28,680 bases of DNA, taken from NCBI GenBank assembly GCA_002269645.1, contig NIVC01002044.1:1-28680 (forward strand), read 5' to 3'. This DNA is from Macrostomum lignano. Its lineage: Eukaryota. How positions within the stretch are numbered: the first letter of the stretch is position 1; every line of letters begins with the position of its first letter. The position numbers and the translations under genes were made by a program. The notes under the pieces are model-generated. The model ran no database searches. It saw only the letters and a program-made list of their open reading frames with translations, and was not told the DNA's origin. Positions 20,177 through 28,680 of the stretch are shown here, piece after piece.

Positions 20177-21541
20177 GTAGCCTTTCGGTTGGGTAGCCTT
20201 CCGGTTGGGTAGCCTTCCGGTTGGGTGGCCTTCCGGTTGGGTGGCCTTCCGGTTGGGTAGCCTTCCGGTTGGGTAGCCTTCCGGTTGGGTAGTCTTCCGG
20301 TTGGGTAGCCTTCCGGTTGGGTGGCCTTCCGGTTGGGTGGCCTTCCGGTTGGGTGGCCTTCCGGTTGGGTAGCCTTCCGGTTGGGTAGTCTTCCGGTTGG
20401 GTAGTCTTCCGGTTGGGTAGTCTTCCGGTTGGGTAGCCTTCCGGTTGGGTAGCCTTCCGGTTGGGTAGCCTTCCGGCTGGGTAGCCTTCCGGTTGGGTAG
20501 CCTTCCGGTTGGGTAGCCTTCCGGTTGGGTAGCCTTCCGGTTGGGTAGCCTTCCGGTTGGGTAGTCTTCCGGTTGGGTAGCCTTCCGGTTGGGTAGCCTT
20601 CTGGTTGGTTAGTCTTCTGGTTGGTAGTTTTCAGTTGGTATTCTAGCTATCTGTTGGTAGCCTTCTGGTTGGGTAGCCTTCCGGTTGGGTAGCCTTCCGG
20701 TTGGGTAGCCTTCTGGTTGGTTAGTCTTCCGGTTGGTAGTTTTCAGTTGGTAGCTATCTGTTGGTAGCCTTCTGGTTGGGTAGCCTTCCGGTTGGGTAGC
20801 CTTCCGGTTGGGTAGCCTTCCGGTTGGGTAGCCTTCCGGTTCGGTAGCCTTCCGGTTGGGTAGCCTTCCGGTTGGGTAGCCTTCCGGTTGGGTAGCCTTC
20901 CGGTTGGGTAGCCTTCCGGTTGGGTAGCCTTCCGGTTGGGTAGCCTTCCGGTTGGGTAGCCTTCCGGTTGGGTAGCCTTCCGGTTGGGTAGCCTTCCGCT
21001 TGGGTAGCCTTCCGGTTGGGTAGCCTTCCGGTTGGGTAGCCTTCCGGTTGGGTAGCCTTCCGGTTGGGTAGCCTTCCGGCTGGGTAGCCTTCCGGTTGGG
21101 TAGCTTTCCGGTTGGGTAGCCTTCCGGTTGGGTAGCCTTCCGGTTGGGTACTCTTCCGGTTGGGTAGCCTTCCGGTTGGGTAGCCTTCCGGTTGGGTAGC
21201 CTTCCGGTTGGGTAGCCTTCCGGCTGGGTAGCCTTCCGGCTGGGTAGCCTTCCGGTTGGGTAGCTTTCCGGTTGGGTAGCCTTCCGGTTGGGTAGCCTTC
21301 AGGTTGGGTAGCCTTCCGGTTGGGTAGCCTTCCGGCTGGGTAGCCTTCCGGTTGGGTAGCCTTCCGGTTGGGTAGCCTTCCGGTTGGGTAGCCTTCCGGT
21401 TGGGTAGCCTTCAGGTTGGGTAGCCTTCCGGTTGGGTAGCCTTACGGTTGGTAGTTTTCAGTTGGTAGCTATCCGTTGCTAGCCTTCAGTTGGTGGCTAT
21501 CCGTTGGTAGCCTTCAGTTGTTAGCCTTCAGTTGGTATCCT
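20177..21541. repeat. Minisatellite, 16-bp unit GTAGCCTTCCGGTTGG, ~80 copies with degenerate ends
   Basis: 16-bp period. Confidence 0.97.
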
Positions 21542-22009
21542 TCATAATAATAATAATAATTGATTACACCTGACCCAATTGGGCCAGATGTGCAACCGAC
21601 AGCTCAGCCGCAGCTATTGCGTGGCGCATTTGAAGGCTGCGTACGGCTGTTCAGTCCAAGGACTGGGGGGTCGCCACACACACCCTCAATTACCCCAGCT
21701 AATGCTGGCACCCATTTTACAGCTGGGTGAACTGAAGCAATGCAGAGTTAAGTGTCTTGCTCAAGGACACAAATTGTTCCAGTAGTATGGGGAGACCTGG
21801 ACGAGTGTTACGTCCTGATAAAACGGTAACTTCTAGTGGCCCTTGATTTGCCCTATGCTCAAAAGCCGATTGCCCGACTGCCAATCAACGCTAAGATTGC
21901 GAGTTGATAATATAACAAAACTGCATAGCATATAGATCTTAGTGCTATCTGCAGACTGCCTGAGCACTGCTCTCACTTCTGTTTCTGTTCTGCACTCTTG
22001 CGGGTCGAA

Positions 22010-22362
22010 ATGCGACAGAATTTGGTGCTGCTCTTGCAGCTGCTGCTTCGCCTCACCACAGCCAGCTACTCCAAAGAAAGCTTTACGACAACGGTTGCCG
22101 AAACAACTGACGAGATCACTACTCAGCACGCTACCACTGACGCAGCTGCCGAGCAAGGAAGCTGGAGTGCCGCGGGCTGGCGACCGACGGACGCTGCGAC
22201 AACTCAGCCGTCACCAACGTCAGCTACTCAAACGCCATCGGAGGTGATTTCGAGTAGCCGTCGACTGCGCTCTGAGAACAGGGCGCCGTTGCGGATTCAC
22301 GCTAACTACACGATTGAGGAGATTGCTCACCGGCTGCTTGATGACTATGAGAATCATCACAG
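22010..22362 (+). CDS. Cys-loop anion channel (GluCl/GlyR-like) exon 1: signal peptide, Thr/Ser-rich linker and first helix
   Basis: ATG 22010, hydrophobic LVLLLQLLL, and EEIAHRLLDDY helix. The phase-2 AG|GTGACT donor completes the conserved RP with exon 2. Confidence 0.85.
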
Positions 22363-22591
22363 GTGACTGCAGCTGGTTGCGCATGGGTCTAAAGCGAATA
22401 GACAATAGAGATCGCTAAATCCGTTTGAACAGATGCATTGAAGTAGATTCATTTTGAAACGGCTAATTGTCTTTTGTTGGGCTGCATTGTCCTGTTAAGC
22501 ATCCATCAGCGGGTTATTTTGACGAAAAGCTTAGCTCCAAATTAAGGAGGCAATTAGCTTAAGAGAACAATGAAGGCCTCGCAGTAATGAC

Positions 22592-23166
22592 GCTACCAAC
22601 CGGAAGGTTACCAACCGGAAGGTTACCAACCGAAAGGTTACCAATCCGAAGGTTACCAACCCAAAGGTTACCAACCGGAAGGTTACCAATCCGAAGGTTA
22701 CCAACCCAAAGGTTACCAACCGGAAGGTTACCAACCGGAAGGTTACCAACCCAAAGGTTACCAACCGGAAGGTTACCAACCGAAAGGTTACCAACCGAAA
22801 GGTTACCAACCGGAAGGTTACCAATCCGAAGGTTACCAACCGGAAGGTACCAACCGGAAGGGTACCAACCGAAAGGTTACCAACCGAAAGGTTACCAATC
22901 CGAAGGTTACCAACCCAAAGGTTACCAACCCGAAGGTTACCAACCCAAAGGTTACCAATCGAAAGGTTACCAACCCGAAGGTTACCAACTCAAAGGTTAC
23001 CAATCGAAAGGTTACCAACCGAAGGTTACCAACCGGAAGGTTACTAAACCGAAAGGCTACCAACCCGAAGGTTACCAACCGGAAGGTTACTATCCGAAAG
23101 GCTACCAACCCGAAGGTTACCAACCGGAAGGTTACTATCCGAAAGGCTACCAACCCGAAGGCTACT
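22592..23166. repeat. Minisatellite, 15-bp unit GGAAGGTTACCAACC, ~38 copies, in channel intron 1
   Basis: 15-bp period; reverse-complement relative of 20177-21541. Confidence 0.96.
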
Positions 23167-23196
23167 AGGCTGCGCCAAACCCTGTCATACCCGCAG

Positions 23197-23527
23197 GCCG
23201 GGCTACTCAGGCGCGGCCACAATAGTCGAGATCAACATGTTCGTGCAGAGCTTCGGCAGCATCAACGTCATCGACATGGACTACAGCATTGACATTCTGC
23301 TGCGCCAGAAGTGGCGCGACCCCAGACTGCAGTTTGTTGGCTACAATCACAGCCTGAGCCTCAGCTACCTCAAGGAGAAGATCTGGATACCGGATTTATT
23401 CTTTCGCAACGCCAAGCACGGCTTTTTGCACGTAATCACGACCCCAAATTACCTGATTTGGCTGCAGCCCGACGGCTTAATTACGTTCTCTCAGAAGCTC
23501 ACAATCAGACTGGCCTGCCCGATGCAG
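23197..23527 (+). CDS. Cys-loop anion channel exon 2 (extracellular domain to CPMQ)
   Basis: CCGCAG acceptor and CAG|GTGAGA donor; motifs VEINMFVQS, LRQKWRDPRL, IWIPDLFFRN and CPMQ. Confidence 0.95.
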
Positions 23528-23776
23528 GTGAGATTGCAAACGGTCTGATTTGACCTGAATTGAGAATGGCTGCCTTTGGGTCGCCTGGTGTAGCATAAAA
23601 CTTTATGATTCCGCAAAGTATGTTAAAATCTTTTCCCTTGTTGACAGCTATGTTCAAATCTTGGCATGACTTACTTTCGACTTCATTGTTTGCCCTCTAA
23701 ATTACTCTCAGTTCATTGTCCACCCTTTTTCACTTTGCACTGCAATATTGTCTTGTTTATATTTTGTCTCCCTTCT

Positions 23777-25432
23777 CAGCTTACTCCAGTATCTCCCTAT
23801 CCCATTACAGCTTACTCCAGTATCTCCCTATCCCATTACAGTTTACTCCAGTATCTCCCTATTCCATTACAATTTACTCCAGTATCTCCTTATCCCATTA
23901 CAGTTTACTCCAGTATCTCCCTATTCCATTACAGTTTACTCCAGTATCTCCCTATCCCATTACAGTTTACTCCAGTATCTCCCTATCCCATTACAGTTTA
24001 CTCCAGTATCTCCCTATCCCATTACAGTTTACTCCAGTATCTCCCTATCCCATTACAGTTTACTCCAGTATCTCCCTATCCCATTACAGTTTACTCCAGT
24101 ATCTCCCATCCTATTACAGTTTACTCCAGTATCTCCCATCCTATTACATTTTACTCCAGTATCTCCCATCCTATTACAGTTTACTCCAGTATCTCCCATC
24201 CTATTACATTTTACTCCAGTATCTCCCATCCTATTACAGTTTACTCCAGTATCTCCCATCCTATTACATTTTACTCCAGTATCTCCCATCCTATTACAGT
24301 TTACTCCAGTATCTCCCATCCTATTACAGTTTACTCCAATATCTTTCCATCCTATTACAGTTTACTCCAGTATCTCCCTATCCCATTACAGTTTACTCCA
24401 GTATCTCCCTATCCCATTACAGTTTACTCCAGTATCTCCCATCCCATTACAGTTTACTCCAGTATCTCCCATCCTATTACAGTTTACTCCAATATCTTTC
24501 CATCCTATTACAGTTTACTCCAGTATCTTTCCATCCCATTACAGTTTACTCCAGTATCTTTCCATCCCATTACAGTTTACTCCAGTATCTCCCATCCCAT
24601 TACAGTTTACTCCAGTATCTCCCATCCTATTACAGTTTACTCCAGTATCTTTCCATCCCATTACAGTTTACTCCAGTATCTTTCCATCCCATTACAGTTT
24701 ACTCCAGTATCTCCCATCCTATTACAGTTTACTCCAGTATCTCCCATCCCATTACAGTTTACTCCAGTATCTCCCATCCCATTACAGTTTACTCCAGTAT
24801 CTTTCCATCCCATTACAGTTTACTCCAGTATCTTTCCATCCCATTACAGTTTACTCCAGTATCTCCCATCCCATTACAGTTTACTCCAGTATCTCCCATC
24901 CCATTACAGTTTACTCCAGTATCTCCCATCCTATTACAGTTTACTCCAGTATCTCCCATCCCATTACAGTTTACTCCAGTATCTCCCATCCTATTACAGT
25001 TTACTCCAGTATCTTTCCATCCCATTACAGTTTACTCCAGTATCTTTCCATCCCATTACAGTTTACTCCAGTATCTCCCATCCTATTACAGTTTACTCCA
25101 GTATCTCCCATCCCATTACAGTTTACTCCAGTATCTCCCATCCCATTACAGTTTACTCCAGTATCTTTCCATCCCATTACAGTTTACTCCAGTATCTTTC
25201 CATCCCATTACAGTTTACTCCAGTATCTCCCATCCCATTACAGTTTACTCCAGTATCTCCCATCCCATTACAGTTTACTCCAGTATCTCCCATCCTATTA
25301 CAGTTTACTCCAGTATCTTTCCATCCCATTACAGTTTACTCCAGTATCTCCCATCCTATTACAGTTTACTCCAGTATCTCCCATCCCATTACAGTTTACT
25401 CCAATATCTCCCATCCCATTACAGTTTGCTCC
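23777..25432. repeat. Minisatellite, 30/31-bp unit TCCCATTACAGTTTACTCCAGTATCTCCCA, ~54 copies, in channel intron 2
   Basis: Tandem periodicity; source of three overlapping ~600-aa artefact ORFs. Confidence 0.97.
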
Positions 25433-25709
25433 ACTTTACTCAATTCCCCGTAATCCATCTAGCAGCTCAAGCCTCAATAACTAATACCAATAAAATCCTA
25501 TCTTTAACAGTAAACACACTCTCAGACTCCAATCTATGGAAAATTCATCAGTATCTCTTTTGTGAAAAAGTTTTTATTCTCATGAGACCTTCGTGAATAG
25601 AATACTTATATAAATGCGGAGACCAAACCGCAGATTGACCGCGATCGTTGCAGAAAAAGAAACTTATTCTGAGTCTCCGTTTGCCTTGCGCCCCCCCCCC
25701 CTCAACCAG

Positions 25710-26105
25710 CTGTGGAACTTCCCAATGGACACGCAGCTCTGCCCGCTGGAGATTGGCAGCTATGGGTTCTCAGTCAGAGATCTGCAATTCATCTGGATGC
25801 GTCAGGGTCCCTCGGTGAAGCTGAACCGTCAGATGATGCTAAACGAATTCGAACTGCCCTCAGTTCGAGTTGGCAGCTGTCTCAAAGCCTACAACGCCAC
25901 CGGCGCCTTCACCTGCCTGTTTGTGGAATTCTGCCTGGTACGGAAGTTTGGCTTCTATCTGATCTACACCTACCTGCCGTCTATACTGATTGTCGCCATC
26001 TCCTGGATCTCCTTCTGGATTGACTACAGAGCCGTGCCAGCTCGCATCACCCTGGGCCTGCTGTCCGTTCTGGCGCTCATGACTCAGTCCGCTGCTGCCA
26101 TGCAG
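25710..26105 (+). CDS. Cys-loop anion channel exon 3 (Cys-loop, loop C, M1, M2)
   Basis: A poly-C CAACCAG acceptor completes the C-x13-C loop. It has the second disulfide CLKAYNATGAFTC, M1 YLPSILIVAISWISFW and the anion-selective PAR motif, with a CAG|GTTCGA donor. Confidence 0.95.
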
Positions 26106-26143
26106 GTTCGAGCCCGGGACCTTGGAAGATAAGGCTTGAGTGA

Positions 26144-26650
26144 GGATGAAGGGAGATGCAGATGGATGATGAAGGGAGATGTAGATGGATGATGAAGAGA
26201 GATGCAGATGGATGATGAAGAGAGATGCAGATGGATGATGAAGGGAGATGCAGATGGATGATGAAGGGAGATGCAGATGGATGATGAAGGGAGATGCAGA
26301 TGGATGATGAAGGGAGATGTAGATGGATGATGAAGAGAGATGCAGATGGATGATGAAGAGAGATGCAGATGGATGATGAAGGGAGATGCAGATGGATGAT
26401 GAAGGGAGATGCAGATGGATGATGAAGGGAGATGCAGATGGATGATGAAGGGAGATGCAGATGGATGATGAAGAGAGATGCAGATGGATGATGAAGAGAG
26501 ATGCAGATGGATGATGAAGGGAGATGCAGATGGATGATGAAGAGAGATGCAGATGGATGATGAAGAGAGATGCAGATGGATGATGAAGAGAGATGCAGAT
26601 GGATGATGAAGGGAGATGCAGATGGATGATGAAGAGAGATGCAGATGGAT
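26144..26650. repeat. Minisatellite, 23-bp unit GATGAAG(G/A)GAGATGCAGATGGAT, ~22 copies
   Basis: 23-bp period. Confidence 0.97.
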
Positions 26651-26944
26651 CTATAGTGTCCCTGGGTTATGCGTCTGCGCTAGCATGCTGTTTGTTGCTT
26701 GTTTTTTGTTGACACTGTCAGTGCACCACCAGCTGGCGAGTCCTGTGCCATGCGACACGATTAATTAGATTCAACTTGTGAGTCCATCTATAGTGTCGAT
26801 CATGTTGACACTTGCCCTTTTACCTCGACATTTATTCTCGGGTAGATCTGAGTGTCGGAGCGGTAGCACGTTTGACTCTTCTGTTAAAGTCCATAGGTTT
26901 GATTCTGCGCCTGACCAAATCAATTTGCGCAATTCTCGCACACA

Positions 26945-27198
26945 AGGGCAAAACTCCAAGGCACAACGCGTGTACAATGCCCGATATTGAGGGCAAAAAA
27001 CTCCAAGGCACAAAGTGTGAACAATGCCCGATATCGAGGGCAAAACTCCAAGGCACAAAGTGTGTACATTTCCGATATCGAGGGAAAAACTCCAAGGCAC
27101 AAAGTGTGTACAATGCCCGATATCGAGGGCAAAACTCCAAGGCACAAAGTGTGTACAATGCCCGATATCGAGGGCAAAACTTCAAGGCACAAAGTGTA
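26945..27198. repeat. Minisatellite, ~45-bp unit GAGGGCAAAACTCCAAGGCACAAAGTGTGTACAATGCCCGATATC, ~5.5 copies
   Basis: Tandem periodicity with indels. Confidence 0.92.
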
Positions 27199-28392
27199 CC
27201 TCTTGACTGCGGATGTACTGTCGGCTCAAGTCGAATCTTGTATCCATCGTCTTACATATTTTCTCTTGTTTTAAATCGGAAAGATGGCAAGAATTAAACT
27301 CGTTTATTAATTGCCAGAATGTACGTGTATGGATAGCAATACGAGCGTAAGTTTATAAGTAAGCTAGCTAGTAGAAATGAGTTGGAGCAGACGAGCTCCG
27401 ATTATTTATGTTATACAAAGTTGCCAACTATGTAACGTACTGTATGGCTCAGCTGATTAAGCGATCCGACAGTTGAATTCTCTGTTTTATCTTTTTGCAA
27501 TTTGCAATTTTTGCAATTCTTAGCGACCGGAACTTCAACGAAATCAAATGTACTTTTAGTTGGTTCATATACGGTCGGCTCAATACGCTCGTAGTGTGTC
27601 GAATGCTTATGCTAATGTTGATGCCTGAAGCGCATCAACGTGGTCCGTGCGACTCGGGCGGATGCTATGGCCTACCAGCTGGAGTCGCCCTCGTGCGCCT
27701 CTGTCAGAGGTTGAGTCTCGGCATTGTACAGCGAACGGCAAGTCCGCAGCGACGCCGCAGCTCCTTGTGGACGCAGTCAGTGACACGTCGAGCCAGTCTG
27801 GTCTGTGGGAAGCACATGTATACATGTATTACTCGTATATCAGCACACACTAGCTTCAATTGACGCTTGGAAGTAACGAAAGAGGCAGCAAAATGGTAGT
27901 TATATCCTATCTTGCTAATGCATTCTGTAGCAAAAACGATCGTCAACTAGTTTTTTTTTTCCAGCCCGGAAGTCCTTGGTTGAAATGTATCTGCATCCTC
28001 TTAGCTGTTCTGTCATGCTGCTGCCATTTTACTTCCCGCAGCGAACTATGAGCAGGAAGACACAACTCGACTGGATCATTGGGGTCATGCGATCGATTCT
28101 CAATCGTATATAGGATATTTCATCAAACTAATTGATAAGCATAGAGATGTCATATATTTGAATACTCAGCCCAACTCATCACTGCTTTGTTATTCTAGAT
28201 GCCTTTGCGTTGAACTTTCATTTGTATTGAGATTGCGAACTACTCAGATGTAGGCACTTGAATCGCCTGTGGGTGAACGGTGTTCCTGGCTGTCTAGAAA
28301 ATGATCCGCATTGTTGAGATGCTGAGCTGCCTAGAGTGATTTAAAAGACGACCGCAGCTCTGTGCTTGAAGCAGCCTCAGCACTGAGTGACG

Positions 28393-28680
28393 GGTCTCAC
28401 CAGCACTGGGAGTGTTTGTTGCAGCTGTGTTCTCCTCTACAGTGTGGAACTGGTCTCACCAGCACTGGGAGTTGTGTGTTCTCCTCTTGACAGTGTGGAA
28501 CTGGTCTCACCAGCACTGGGAGTTTGTGTGTTCTCCTCTGACAGTGTGAACTGGTCTCACCAGCACTGGGAGTTGTGTGTTCTCCTCTTGACAGTGTGGA
28601 ACTGGTCTCACCAGCACTGGGAGTTGTGTGTTCTCCTCTGACAGTGTGGAACTGTCTCACCAGCACTGGAGTTGTGTGTT
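28393..28680. repeat. Minisatellite, ~50/51-bp unit CTGGTCTCACCAGCACTGGGAGTTGTGTGTTCTCCTCTTGACAGTGTGGAA, runs off the window end
   Basis: Unit starts at 28450, 28501, 28551, 28602 and 28652. Confidence 0.93.

Noticed and set aside
22531-23222. RLPTG and GYQPE repeat ORFs
   Set aside because: They lie inside channel intron 1; translation artefacts of the 15-bp array.
23666-25596. Three ~600-aa ORFs
   Set aside because: Mixed 30/31-bp units shuffle the same peptides among frames, and the region is intron 2 of the channel.
26771-27297. Cluster of overlapping ORFs
   Set aside because: Produced by the 45-bp array.
1-28680. Tandem arrays as CRISPR arrays, or any prokaryotic system
   Set aside because: Units are contiguous without unique spacers, no cas genes are present, and genes are spliced.

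Overview
Eukaryotic genomic DNA from an invertebrate, probably a lophotrochozoan or flatworm (inferred from the channel type below). It is not prokaryotic: genes are split by GT-AG introns and about 44% of the window is 13 minisatellite arrays, which generate nearly all long ORFs in the track. Supported genes: (1) a small GRAM-domain gene on the minus strand (4 solid exons plus a tentative last exon, 6578 to ~978); (2) a 3'-truncated Crypton-like/DUF3504-associated tyrosine-recombinase core-binding ORF at 8873-9403, framed by inverted repeats; (3) a head-to-head pair of Ly6/uPAR GPI-anchored genes, a quiver/sleepless-like gene on minus and an intronless CDS on plus; (4) three exons of an anion-selective Cys-loop channel with the loop-A Arg of lophotrochozoan GluCls, with M3/M4 not found in the window. 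The most interesting signals are a shared CTATGG/CCATAG inverted-repeat family linking the recombinase remnant to a GCGAAGC-hairpin cassette 10 kb away, the Ly6 pair next to the channel, and an inverted satellite pair around the channel's first coding exon. All calls were made by eye without database searches.
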